Assembly: GCA_965204155.1 (NCBI GenBank)
Contig: OZ241971.1
Span: 2,560,100-2,624,099 of the forward strand
Length of the DNA: 64,000 bases
Direction: 5' to 3'
From: Candidatus Rariloculaceae bacterium
GTDB taxonomy: Bacteria; Pseudomonadota; Gammaproteobacteria; Steroidobacterales; Rariloculaceae
In this document: one piece after another, positions 1 to 9,664 of the stretch
Position numbering within the stretch: position 1 is the first letter of the stretch
Layout: each line of letters starts with the position of its first letter
Position numbers and translations under genes: made by a program
Notes under the pieces: model-generated
Databases searched by the model: none
What the model was told of the DNA's origin: nothing
Seen by the model: only the letters and a program-made list of their open reading frames with translations

Positions 1-7
1 GCTTGAA

Positions 8-1609
8 TTGTTCGCGGAGTACCAGGCCTGGAAATCACCCGATGCCGTTGACGGAGTGGTCGACTATGGTCCGGCCGCCATCGAACGCCGCCGCGACGAG
101 ATCCGCGAAATGCAGCGCCGTATGGATGATATGGGCGTCGCGCGATGGTCCGTGCCGCAGCAAGTCGACTTTCTGACCGTACGCGCTGAACTCGATCAGC
201 AGGAGTTCATTCTGCACGTCACGCGCCCGTGGTCCCGCGATCCGTTGTTCTACGTTACCGGCGTGGTCCCGATCGCATTCACCGACCTCCCCGTATCGGG
301 CGATGGGCTACAAATCCTGCGGCAAAAACTGCGGTCCGTCCCGCTCTTGCTGGAAGGCGCCCGCAGCAATCTGACGGAAGTGGCAGGCGATTACGCTGAC
401 CGTGCGATTTTCATGCTGACGCATTCGGATGGCATTGGGGGTGGACTTGACCCCTGCACTGCTCCCTGCCCGGCCGCAGGTGCGCCCCCCTATCCCCGGC
501 GCGAAACGATGCCGCCGGGTTTCATCGGCTGGTATGAGGATCTGCTGCAGCGTGCGGACGCTCAACCGGAACTGAGAGCCGACATCATGGATGCGTTATC
601 GGCTCTGCGTGAATTTCACGGATGGCTGGTCGACAACCGCGAGGATATGACGGCGCTGAACGGCGTCGGCAGGGAAGCCCTCGACTGGTTCGTCAAATAC
701 GGGTTGCTGCTGCCCTATACCTCCGAGGAAATGGCTTTGCTGTCCCAGCGCGAGCTGGATCGTCTGTGGGGATTCTACGCCCTGGAACGACATCGCAATC
801 GTGAACTTCCGGAACTTGAGTTGTCGGAATCGACCGAGGAATACCATCGGCGACTCGCGGACACGGATCGGCTTGTGCGGGATTGGCTTGTGGACGAAGC
901 GATCATCACCGTACCGGAATACATCCCCGGCGACTGGCAGGTCATGGGTTTCAATGTCCCGTTCGTTGTTCGCGAAACGCCGCCCAATTTCTGGGAGCAA
1001 GTGCAGTATCGCGATCCTTCGCCGGATCACCTCCATGCCGTCATTCCCGGACATCGCTTCGACAACATGGTTGCGTCCAGGATCGATCACCCGATTCGCA
1101 GCCAGGTGAACTTCGGCGCACGCTGGCAGGGCTGGGCCGTCTACCTGGAGGAAGGACCGTTGCAGCTGGGCGTTTTCGAGGCGCGGCCGCGAACTCGTGA
1201 ACTGATCTATTTGTTCGGGCTGTGGCGGGCCGCACGTTCGCTCGGCGACATTCGCAACCAGTGGAACGAGTTCAGTGCCGCCGAAACAGCCCAATACTGG
1301 ATGGAAGTCACGCCCCTGATGGATCCGGATGTCGCACGCAATTATTCGCACCTTCGCCCCGCACCCGGGCATGGCCTCGAGTACACGATCGGCAACATCC
1401 AGATGTTCCGGCTACTGGCCGAACGCAAGCGACAATTGAGAGAGGAGTTCGTGCTTCGCCAGTTCCACGACGAGTTCATCTCGAAAGGGCGGATTCCAAT
1501 TGCGGCTATTCACTACGAGATGACCGGCAATGCGGACGCGGTGGCGCCGTTCTGGAACAGGACGCCGCTATCGTCGGTGGAGCCGGTTGCACCGGCCACA
1601 TCGCCGTAG
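8..1609 (+). CDS. DUF885-family protein, N-terminus probably cut by the window edge
   Basis: 533-aa ORF open to the window edge. Clear paralogue of ORF 4187..5932 (shared IPGH[RH] motif and C-terminal FHD..EMTGN block). Family name is from recollection, not a search. Confidence 0.65.
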   Translation: MFAEYQAWKSPDAVDGVVDYGPAAIERRRDEIREMQRRMDDMGVARWSVPQQVDFLTVRAELDQQEFILHVTRPWSRDPLFYVTGVVPIAFTDLPVSGDGLQILRQKLRSVPLLLEGARSNLTEVAGDYADRAIFMLTHSDGIGGGLDPCTAPCPAAGAPPYPRRETMPPGFIGWYEDLLQRADAQPELRADIMDALSALREFHGWLVDNREDMTALNGVGREALDWFVKYGLLLPYTSEEMALLSQRELDRLWGFYALERHRNRELPELELSESTEEYHRRLADTDRLVRDWLVDEAIITVPEYIPGDWQVMGFNVPFVVRETPPNFWEQVQYRDPSPDHLHAVIPGHRFDNMVASRIDHPIRSQVNFGARWQGWAVYLEEGPLQLGVFEARPRTRELIYLFGLWRAARSLGDIRNQWNEFSAAETAQYWMEVTPLMDPDVARNYSHLRPAPGHGLEYTIGNIQMFRLLAERKRQLREEFVLRQFHDEFISKGRIPIAAIHYEMTGNADAVAPFWNRTPLSSVEPVAPATSP

Positions 1610-1684
1610 CGCCCTCGTCCAGCGGTGATCCGCATTGAATAGTCCTTTGGCTGCGACATTCTCAGTCCCGACGGGCTTGCCTTC

Positions 1685-3103
1685 GTGTTGAACCGGAAAA
1701 CACCGGCTCCGGTTACCTCTGCGGCGTTGGCCGAGATCGACCGCCGCTACAATTTCCATCCCTTTACGGCTCTGGCGCAGCATGAGCGGCACGGCCCCTC
1801 CGTAGTCATGGTGAGGGGAGAGGGCGTATGGCTGGAGGATTCAGCGGGCCGGCGTTACGTCGACGGCATGGCCGGTCTGTGGTGCGTGAATGTCGGTTAC
1901 GGTCGCAGGGAAATTGCCAAAGCGCTGCAGCGGCAAGCGGAAACTCTTGCGTACTGTCACAGTTTTTCTTCCATGGGCAGCGACGTTCCCGCGCTCCTGT
2001 CCCAGCGATTGATCAATAGCGCTCCGGTACCGATGTCAAAGGTTTTCTTCGGAAATTCGGGTTCGGATGCAAACGACACACAGGTCAAGCTGGCGTGGTA
2101 TTACAACAACGTAAGGGGCAAACCCGGGAAGAAAAAGATCATCGCCAGACAGAGCGGCTACCACGGCGTGACGATCATGTCCGGCGGCATGACCGGGCTG
2201 CCGGCCGTACATGCGGGATTCGACCTGCCGCTGCCGTTTGTCAAACATACGCTGGCGCCCCATCGTCTCTGGGAAGGGCACGATCTCAGTGACTCGGAGT
2301 TCGTCGAGAAACTCGCGAACGACCTGCAGCGACTGATCGAGACCGAGGGCGCCGATACGATTGCGGCAATGATCGTCGAACCCGTCATGGGCGCCGGCGG
2401 GGTCGTCGTTCCGCCGCCCGGCTATCATCGGGCGATCCAGGAGATTCTCGGCGAGAACGACATCTTGCTGATCGCCGATGAGGTCATCTGCGGATTCGGC
2501 CGCCTCGGCCACATGTTCGGCAGCGAAGCTCTCAAGCTGAAGCCGGACCTGATCACGATTGCGAAGGGCGTCACCTCCGCGTACTTTCCGCTAAGCGGTG
2601 TTTACGTTTCGGAGCCCGTGTGGCGCACCATCGTCGAGGGCGAGAGCCGATATGGCACTTTCGGCCACGGCTACACCTACACTTCCCATCCGATCGGCGC
2701 TGCCGTGGCAATGGCAAACCTGGATATCATCGACAGCGAGAACCTGGTTGAGGCCGCCCGTGAGAAAGGCGAATACCTGCATCGGCGACTGCATGGCGCC
2801 TTCGGGGATCATCCACTCGTCGGCGAGGTACGTGGATTCGGTCTGATCGGCGCAGTGGAACTTGTCGCGTCCAGGGATCCGCCCCTGGCGTTCGACCCGA
2901 AAATCGCGGTTGCCGCCCGGGTGGCGAGGCTGTCGCTGGAATCCGGGGTCATCACACGCGCCTTGCCCCGCGGCGATACGCTGGCGTTCTCGCCCCCGCT
3001 GATCATCTCGGAGGGCGAACTGGACACGATCGTCAACACGGTGAGGAACGCCCTCGACCAGGTGCAGTCGCAACTGGTCAGGGAGGGTCGCTGGAAACCG
3101 TAG
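1685..3103 (+). CDS. Class-III PLP-dependent aminotransferase (omega-transaminase type)
   Basis: 472-aa ORF with class-III hallmarks GNSGSDAND, DEVICGFGRLG and ITIAKGVTS (Lys context). GTG start per track. Confidence 0.85.
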   Translation: MLNRKTPAPVTSAALAEIDRRYNFHPFTALAQHERHGPSVVMVRGEGVWLEDSAGRRYVDGMAGLWCVNVGYGRREIAKALQRQAETLAYCHSFSSMGSDVPALLSQRLINSAPVPMSKVFFGNSGSDANDTQVKLAWYYNNVRGKPGKKKIIARQSGYHGVTIMSGGMTGLPAVHAGFDLPLPFVKHTLAPHRLWEGHDLSDSEFVEKLANDLQRLIETEGADTIAAMIVEPVMGAGGVVVPPPGYHRAIQEILGENDILLIADEVICGFGRLGHMFGSEALKLKPDLITIAKGVTSAYFPLSGVYVSEPVWRTIVEGESRYGTFGHGYTYTSHPIGAAVAMANLDIIDSENLVEAAREKGEYLHRRLHGAFGDHPLVGEVRGFGLIGAVELVASRDPPLAFDPKIAVAARVARLSLESGVITRALPRGDTLAFSPPLIISEGELDTIVNTVRNALDQVQSQLVREGRWKP

Positions 3104-3141
3104 CCTGAAAGCGTCTCGGGCCGGTACAGGCAGCGCGACGG

Positions 3142-4044
3142 CTACGCGGCCGTACCGGTCTCCTGCCTGACCCATCGGGCCACCTCGGCGTGAGTGCCGA
3201 ACCACACGTCTCCCTTCGATTTTGCGTGTTCCACCAATCGGTCGAGGATCCATATCCTTGACCGATACCCGATCACAAACGGGTGCATCACGAGCTGAAA
3301 AAGGCCGCGGGATTCCCAGGCCGCGTCGAATTCCCGCTTGAAGACACCGTACACGTCATCTGGCGACATCCACGGCCGGGTTGCCGGTTCGCGGTTGAAC
3401 ATCAGGTAAACCGCATCGTCCCGTAACCATTCGACCGGCACCTCGACCACACCGGTCGGCTGGCCGTCGATCAACAGTTCGTAACAGGACTCGTCCGCCA
3501 TCAGGGAACTGTCGTATTCCAGGCCGAGTTCCGCCACGATCCGGATCGTATGCGGACTCAGGTCCCAGTTCGCGGATCGAAAGCCTACCGGCGCTTGCCC
3601 GAGTTGCTGCTCCAGCAGGTCGCGGGCACGGATTACAAGATCCCTTTCCGTCGCGTGGTCGAGATTCGAGTTGTTTTCGTGGATCCAGCCGTGAATTCCC
3701 ACCTCGTGCCCACCATCCGCAATCCGCTTCGTTTCCGTGGGATCGATCAGCGCACAGACGGCAGGTTCGAAAAAGCTGGCGACAACGTCGTGCCGGCGCA
3801 GCAAATCCAATATTCGCGGCACCCCGACGCGGCGCCCGAATTCACCCCATGCCAGTGGGCCTACTGCGCTGCGACCCCTGCCCAGTTCGTATGTTTCGTG
3901 ATCGCAGTCGAAGGAGAGGGCTACCGCGCAGCGGGCACCGCCAGGCCAGGCGGGAGGTCGCAGCGGCCGGCCGGCCCTGACGCGGCCGATCGCTCGGCGC
4001 CACGTGTTTTCGGGCCAGCGCCAGGGTTCTTCGTTCGGGTTCAT
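3142..4044 (-). CDS. Polysaccharide deacetylase / NodB-homology family hydrolase
   Basis: Conserved part starts at internal Met54 (MNPNEEPW) of track ORF 3142..4203. Has the LSFDCDHE and GIHGWIHE metal-site-like motifs typical of the family. Confidence 0.7.
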   Translation of the reverse strand: MNPNEEPWRWPENTWRRAIGRVRAGRPLRPPAWPGGARCAVALSFDCDHETYELGRGRSAVGPLAWGEFGRRVGVPRILDLLRRHDVVASFFEPAVCALIDPTETKRIADGGHEVGIHGWIHENNSNLDHATERDLVIRARDLLEQQLGQAPVGFRSANWDLSPHTIRIVAELGLEYDSSLMADESCYELLIDGQPTGVVEVPVEWLRDDAVYLMFNREPATRPWMSPDDVYGVFKREFDAAWESRGLFQLVMHPFVIGYRSRIWILDRLVEHAKSKGDVWFGTHAEVARWVRQETGTAA

Positions 4045-4186
4045 TCGCTGTTCGATGGCGCGCAGGTAACGGTACGACCGTAGTGTACAATTTTGCGTAC
4101 GCCTGTTCGCATCGCGATCACTTCTCTCCGACCGCAGCAATCGGCCCTGCTGTGGCTTCAAGGTCAGTGGCCAGCCGGAAAACGAC

Positions 4187-5932
4187 ATGACCAGGACGCA
4201 CAATCGATCCTACCGCACCCAGGTGGCCTCCGTGGGGGTTTTCGCGGTGCTCCTGGCGGGATCGTATGCGGTCCCCGCGGTATCCCAGACGGCAGCATCC
4301 CCTCAGGACGCGCTCGTACAGATCTTTCAGGCGGTGCAGGATCTGCGCCAACCCGAAATCGTCGACGGGATTCCGGACTTCTCGGCGGCCGCGGTCGAGC
4401 GGCAGAAGGCGGGACTGGCCGAACTCCGGTCCCGCTTCGACGACCTGGATCCGACAGGCTGGGAGATGTCCGACCAGGTCGACTACCTGATCGTCCGGTC
4501 GGAACTGGACATGCTGGACTACGGTCTGCACGTCTACCGCGCCACGTCCCGAAGCCCCGCGTTCTACCTGTCGTCAATTTCGTCCTTCGGCATGTTGAGC
4601 GGCGCGGCGCTCAGCGGGCTCGGCCGACTCGTGCAGCAACCGCCGCCGTTCACGGAAGCTCGCGCGGCCGAAATCGTCGCGCACATGAAGAGCGTCCCGG
4701 CAATTCTCGAACAGGCGAAACGTAACCTGACGGAACCGACGCGCGAGATGTCGGGTTGGGCCCTGGCCACGCTGGCCGACGGACAGTCCGGCAGCGGGGC
4801 GTTTGCGGAAGGACTCAGGCCCCATTTCCCGGCAGAGTGGGTTGGAGAACTCGACTCGGCGGCCATCGAAATGGGTGCGGCGCTTGCGTCGTATCGGCTC
4901 TGGATCGAGGAACGGTTGCCCGAAATGGTGCGTGCCCGCCCGATCGGGCGCGAGATGTACGACTGGATTCTGCGGCGAATCTGGTTGTTGCCCTACGATG
5001 CCGAAGACATTCTCCGTCTGGGCGAGCAGGAATACGCGCGTTTCCTCGCCTTCACATCGTTTGAAGAATCGCGAAACCGTGACTTGCCCGCACTGGCGGG
5101 TGCGCTGACGACTGCCGAATATGCGCGGCGCACGGAGGAGGAAGCCGGGGCAATTCGCCGCTTTCTTCAGGACAAGGGGGCGCTCGACATTCCGGACTAC
5201 GTGGGACCGTATCGCCGCGCGCAGATGCCCGACTACATTCAGGCCTTTTCCTTGTGGGCGGGCCTGAGCGGTTATTCGACTCCGGGCAACGGGGTAGTGA
5301 AGTATTCGGTGCCTGAGGATCACCCCTACACGCAGACCTACTGGGAATCGATCATGCGGGTCGACCCGAGCACGAACATCTTCCACGATGGAATTCCCGG
5401 GCACCATCTCCAGGGCATCGTGTCCGCACGCCACGCGTCTCCGATCCGGAGGGGTCACCGCGACCGCTTCAAGAGCGAGGGTTGGTCGACCTACTGGGAA
5501 GAGACGGCCATGCAGCTTGGCTATTATGACGAGCGGCCCAAGAGCCGCGAGCTTATCTATAATTTCATGCGCCTGCGCGCAATGCGCGTGATCGTGGACG
5601 TGAAAATGGCGCTTGGAGAGATGACCGTCGATGAAGCGGTGGCGGCGCTGATGACGATACCCATGGACCGGCGTATCGCGCGGGAGGAAGCCGACGATTT
5701 CTTCGCTGCGCCCACGGGTGGAATCGTGTACCTGATAGGCAAGTTGCAGATCGAGCGCCTCCTGGCCGAACTGCGGCAACATCTCGGCGCCGATTTCGAC
5801 CTGGGCCGGTTTCACGACGATCTCGTTGCCGCGGCGTGGGTGCCCATCGAACTTACGCGCTGGGAGATGACCGGCAATGGAGAGAACGTGCAGCGCATGA
5901 TCGAAGATCGGAGTGCGATGCCGCGCCCGTGA
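4187..5932 (+). CDS. DUF885-family protein with N-terminal signal peptide
   Basis: 581-aa ORF. N-terminus VASVGVFAVLLAGSYAVPAVSQ looks like a signal peptide. Paralogue of ORF 8..1609. Confidence 0.75.
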   Translation: MTRTHNRSYRTQVASVGVFAVLLAGSYAVPAVSQTAASPQDALVQIFQAVQDLRQPEIVDGIPDFSAAAVERQKAGLAELRSRFDDLDPTGWEMSDQVDYLIVRSELDMLDYGLHVYRATSRSPAFYLSSISSFGMLSGAALSGLGRLVQQPPPFTEARAAEIVAHMKSVPAILEQAKRNLTEPTREMSGWALATLADGQSGSGAFAEGLRPHFPAEWVGELDSAAIEMGAALASYRLWIEERLPEMVRARPIGREMYDWILRRIWLLPYDAEDILRLGEQEYARFLAFTSFEESRNRDLPALAGALTTAEYARRTEEEAGAIRRFLQDKGALDIPDYVGPYRRAQMPDYIQAFSLWAGLSGYSTPGNGVVKYSVPEDHPYTQTYWESIMRVDPSTNIFHDGIPGHHLQGIVSARHASPIRRGHRDRFKSEGWSTYWEETAMQLGYYDERPKSRELIYNFMRLRAMRVIVDVKMALGEMTVDEAVAALMTIPMDRRIAREEADDFFAAPTGGIVYLIGKLQIERLLAELRQHLGADFDLGRFHDDLVAAAWVPIELTRWEMTGNGENVQRMIEDRSAMPRP

Positions 5933-5952
5933 ACGGCGAGCCGGGAAAAATC

Positions 5953-7086
5953 GTGCGTGGAGCCGTGGCAGCGGTGGTGCTGTTCCCGATGCTCGTCACC
6001 GGCCAGCAGGTCCCGCCGGACGGGATCATCCATAGCGGCGCGGCTTCGTTTCGACTGGAGCAGGTCGCGAACGGGCTGCAGGTTCCCTGGGCCATCGCGT
6101 TTCTGCCGGGAAACCGGGCGTTGATAAGCGAGCGTGCCGCCGGCCGCATTCGTCTCGTCGATCTGGCCGATGGCACGCTGGCGGCCCCTGCCGGTGGGCC
6201 GGACGATGTGTTCATCAAGGACAACGGCGGGATGCTGGATGTCGTGCTGCACCCGGCGTTCGACGACAACGGTTGGGTCTACTACTGCTACACAGCCGGT
6301 GACTTGCAATTGAGCACCACGGTGGTGGAACGGGTTCGGCTGACGGAGGGCCGATTCGCGGATCGCGAAAGGCTGCTCGCGGCACAGCCCTGGTATCACA
6401 ATTCCATCGTGTACGGGTGCCGGCTCGCGTTCAGCGGTGAGTACCTGTTCATTTCGCTGGGGGAACGGTGGGACCTGAGGCATCTGGCCCAAAGCCCCGG
6501 CACGCACCTCGGGAAAATTCTTCGGGTCCATCACGACGGGAGTGCGCCGGCCGACAATCCGTATGCCGATGTCCCGGGCGCCTTGCCGGAAGTCTGGGCG
6601 CTCGGCAGCCGCAACGCGCAGGGACTCACGGTTCACCCGGACACCGGAGAACTCTGGTCGCACGAGCACGGTCCCTTGGGTGGCGACGAAATCAACGTCA
6701 TCGAACCCGGCCGGAACTACGGATGGCCGGTCATTACCTACGGGCTGGAATACAGCGGCGAGCCCGTCGGCGAGGGCCTGACGGAGTACGAGGGTATGGA
6801 GCAGCCGCTCTATACGTATATCCCGTCGATCGCGCCGTCGGACATGGTGTTCTACACGGGTTCGGCTTTCCCGCAATGGCAGGGCAATCTGTTTCTCGGT
6901 GCGCTGGCGGGGACGCATATCAACCGGCTCGTGATCGACGGCAGAGACGTCGTTCACGAGGAAAGGCTTCTGCACGGCAGGGGCTGGCGTATTCCGTTCG
7001 TCAAGCAGGGGCCTGACGATCTGATCTATTTCGGCACCGGCACGGGCACGGTCTATCGCCTCGTGCCGGCTGCGGCAAATCGGTGA
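5953..7086 (+). CDS. PQQ-dependent sugar dehydrogenase (soluble glucose/sorbosone dehydrogenase family)
   Basis: Beta-propeller family motifs (GGMLDVVLHPAFDDNGWVYYCYT, NYGWPVITYG). Start placed at GTG (Val40 of track ORF 5836..7086), just after the upstream stop, which gives a signal-like N-terminus. Start is uncertain. Confidence 0.72.
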   Translation: MRGAVAAVVLFPMLVTGQQVPPDGIIHSGAASFRLEQVANGLQVPWAIAFLPGNRALISERAAGRIRLVDLADGTLAAPAGGPDDVFIKDNGGMLDVVLHPAFDDNGWVYYCYTAGDLQLSTTVVERVRLTEGRFADRERLLAAQPWYHNSIVYGCRLAFSGEYLFISLGERWDLRHLAQSPGTHLGKILRVHHDGSAPADNPYADVPGALPEVWALGSRNAQGLTVHPDTGELWSHEHGPLGGDEINVIEPGRNYGWPVITYGLEYSGEPVGEGLTEYEGMEQPLYTYIPSIAPSDMVFYTGSAFPQWQGNLFLGALAGTHINRLVIDGRDVVHEERLLHGRGWRIPFVKQGPDDLIYFGTGTGTVYRLVPAAANR

Positions 7087-7095
7087 ATTACGATC

Positions 7096-7872
7096 GTGGC
7101 GAGCCTGGACGAAAAGACGATCCTGCTGACAGGCGCGTCGCAGGGGATCGGCGCCGCAACGGCGCGCGTGCTCTGCCGGGACGGCGCCCGCTTGATCGCT
7201 CACCACCAGGGTCGGAAGGACGACCGCGAGAAGGCGCGCGAATTGCTGCGTGATGTCCCCCCGGATCGCAGGCATTTCGTGTCGGGCGACTTCGAAGACG
7301 ATCGGGTTGTAGAGCAGGTCTGGAAGGATGCCGTGGCCTGGCGCGGCCACATCGACGTGGTCGTGCTGAATGCCGCGATGATGGAGCCGCGCGGCGGTTT
7401 CGATGACCCGGAGGAGGAGTGGAACGCTGCCTGGCGCCGCCACTATCAGGTCAACGTGCAGGCGCCCGCGCGGCTGATGCGTGCAGCGGTGCGGCATTTT
7501 CGCACCCGAGGCACGGGCGTGATCATCCTCATGTCCAGTTGGGTCGCGCAGCGCGGGGCAGCCAATCCGAAGATGCTGGCCTACGCCGCGTCCAAAGCCG
7601 CCATAAAGGCGGTGGCGCAGTCCGTAGCCCGAGCCCACGCAAAGGAAGGCATCTACACCTACATCATCGCCCCCGGAATCGTCAGCACCCGGATGTCGGT
7701 GGATTTCGCGAAACTGCAGGGTGGCATTCAGAGTGTGACCGATACGCTCGCCATGCGTGAATGGGTGCCGCCGGAGGAACTGGGCAAGCTGATCGCGTTT
7801 CTGGCCCAGGGGACTCATCGTCACCTGACGGGGGCAACCCTCGATGTCAACGGGGCAACCTATATTCGGTGA
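7096..7872 (+). CDS. SDR-family oxidoreductase
   Basis: 258 aa with TGASQGIG cofactor motif and YAASKAA catalytic Tyr-x3-Lys motif. Confidence 0.85.
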   Translation: MASLDEKTILLTGASQGIGAATARVLCRDGARLIAHHQGRKDDREKARELLRDVPPDRRHFVSGDFEDDRVVEQVWKDAVAWRGHIDVVVLNAAMMEPRGGFDDPEEEWNAAWRRHYQVNVQAPARLMRAAVRHFRTRGTGVIILMSSWVAQRGAANPKMLAYAASKAAIKAVAQSVARAHAKEGIYTYIIAPGIVSTRMSVDFAKLQGGIQSVTDTLAMREWVPPEELGKLIAFLAQGTHRHLTGATLDVNGATYIR

Positions 7873-7885
7873 AGGAACCCCGGCC

Positions 7886-8377
7886 ATGAGCGAACAACCG
7901 GATCGGAGATGGGCGGATCGCCAGGCAATCACCGACGTGCTGGTGGAGTACTGCTGCGCGCTTGACCTCATGGACCTGCCGGCCCTGGCGGCGCTGTTCA
8001 CCGACGATTGCGTCGTGGAATACGGTCCGGGCGAATTCCTGCAATGCCATGGTTCCGCGGCGCTCGCGAAATCCCTTGAGCGCATGTGGCGGTGGTCGCG
8101 GACGTCCCATCACCTGTCCAACGTGCTGATCCGATTTGACGGCAGCGACGCCGCCTTGTCCCGCAGCTACGTGCACGCCTGGCACGAACGCCCGGACGGG
8201 TCGACGGCGACGATTTTCGGCCAGTACCGTGACCGCTTCGTTCGTCAGGAGCAGAACTGGCGCATCGCCGAGCGGCGAATGCTCATGAACGGTTGCGACG
8301 CCGGATTCACGGTCAACATCAATCGTCTGGAGCGCAGGCCGCCACCGCCGGGCTGGAAGGCGCCCGACATGGATTGA
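7886..8377 (+). CDS. SnoaL-like / NTF2-fold protein
   Basis: Start at internal ATG (MSEQPDRRWADRQAITDVLVEYCCALD). Size and N-terminal pattern are typical of SnoaL_4-type proteins. Confidence 0.55.
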   Translation: MSEQPDRRWADRQAITDVLVEYCCALDLMDLPALAALFTDDCVVEYGPGEFLQCHGSAALAKSLERMWRWSRTSHHLSNVLIRFDGSDAALSRSYVHAWHERPDGSTATIFGQYRDRFVRQEQNWRIAERRMLMNGCDAGFTVNINRLERRPPPPGWKAPDMD

Positions 8378-8389
8378 AAGCAGCGGATT

Positions 8390-9526
8390 TCAGCCCAACA
8401 ACGGCGAACTCCACGCGTCGTAGCCGTACAGCCAGCCGGTGTCCTGGTCGCCACCCTGCATCCAGGTGTTGGCGCTTGAGATGGCCTGGATTTTCGAAGT
8501 ACGCGGTTTTCGTGTCGCCTCGTAACATCGGAACGCTCCCTCGAGATCGTCCCCCTCGAAGGCCTCGACGCACCGGGCCAGCACCGCCGCATCCTCGATG
8601 GCGGTGGCGGCCCCCTGGGCCATGTAGGGCGTCATGGGATGGCAGGCGTCGCCCAGCAGCACGACGCGGCCGTCGCTCCACCTCGGCAGCGGTTCCCGCT
8701 CCAGGATCGCCCACTTGTGGCAGTCCGGGCATGCGGCCAGCACGGCGCGAACATCCGGGTGGAAGCCCTCGTAGGCCGCGCGTACTTCCTCCACGTCGCC
8801 CTTCGCGGACCAGGATTCGGGCGTCAGCCAGTCCGCCGGTTCCGGCACGCTGGTGACGAAATAGATCTCGCTCTTCGTCGCGGTGACGTAGTAGATGACG
8901 ATGTGGCGGTCCACGCCCCACCACTTGGTACGGGACGGGCCGAGGTCCAGTCCGTTGAGCCGCCCGGAGGGGAAGACGGCCCGGTATGCGATGCGGCCCT
9001 TGTGGACCGGCTGGTCGGGCCCCAGCACCAGTTCGCGCACACGCGAGTGCACGCCGTCGGCCCCCACCACGGCGTCGGCGACCGCATGGCTGCCGTCGTC
9101 AAATGCCAGCCGAACGCCTTGGGCGGACTGATCGAGACCCACCAGCTTGCGGTTGAAATGAATGATCTCCGCCGGAACCGCACTCGCCAGTGCGTCGGTG
9201 AGATCGGCACGGTGCATGCACAGGTAGGGTGCGCCGAACAGATCCTCGGGCATAGGCAGTTCCCTGAGAACGCGGCCCGTATCCCATTCCCGGTTGAGGT
9301 GGGAAAAGGGCTTGAACGAGGTCCGGCGCAGCGAGTCCTCGACGCCGATCCCGCGCAGCACCTTCATGGAGTTGGGCATCATCTGGATGCCTGCGCCCAC
9401 CCGGGCAAATCGTGCGGCCTGCTCGTAGACGTCGACCTTCATGCCGATGCGCAGCAGGGTCGCCGCCGCGGCGAGGCCGCCCATGCCGGCGCCGACGACG
9501 GCGATCGAGCGTTGACGGATAAGCAT
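8390..9526 (-). CDS. FAD-dependent aromatic-ring monooxygenase (salicylate / 3-hydroxybenzoate hydroxylase-like)
   Basis: 378 aa with N-terminal GxGxxG (VVGAGMGGLAAA) and the GDACHPMTPYMAQGAATAIEDA motif. Confidence 0.85.
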   Translation of the reverse strand: MLIRQRSIAVVGAGMGGLAAAATLLRIGMKVDVYEQAARFARVGAGIQMMPNSMKVLRGIGVEDSLRRTSFKPFSHLNREWDTGRVLRELPMPEDLFGAPYLCMHRADLTDALASAVPAEIIHFNRKLVGLDQSAQGVRLAFDDGSHAVADAVVGADGVHSRVRELVLGPDQPVHKGRIAYRAVFPSGRLNGLDLGPSRTKWWGVDRHIVIYYVTATKSEIYFVTSVPEPADWLTPESWSAKGDVEEVRAAYEGFHPDVRAVLAACPDCHKWAILEREPLPRWSDGRVVLLGDACHPMTPYMAQGAATAIEDAAVLARCVEAFEGDDLEGAFRCYEATRKPRTSKIQAISSANTWMQGGDQDTGWLYGYDAWSSPLLG

Positions 9527-9664
9527 AACGGTTGAATCCTGCCGGCGGACTCACGATTATACGGTTGCCGGTGCGGCCCCCCGGGCCGTGCCGGTAGCGG
9601 CTGCGACATGTACAGGGCCGCGATGAAGGGGAGATTTGATCGCGGTTTCGGCGGGAGAATATCG

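Noticed and set aside
5812-8085. 757-aa minus-strand ORF
   Set aside because: It is antisense to the PQQ dehydrogenase, SDR and SnoaL-like genes, all of which carry clear family motifs. Shadow-frame composition.
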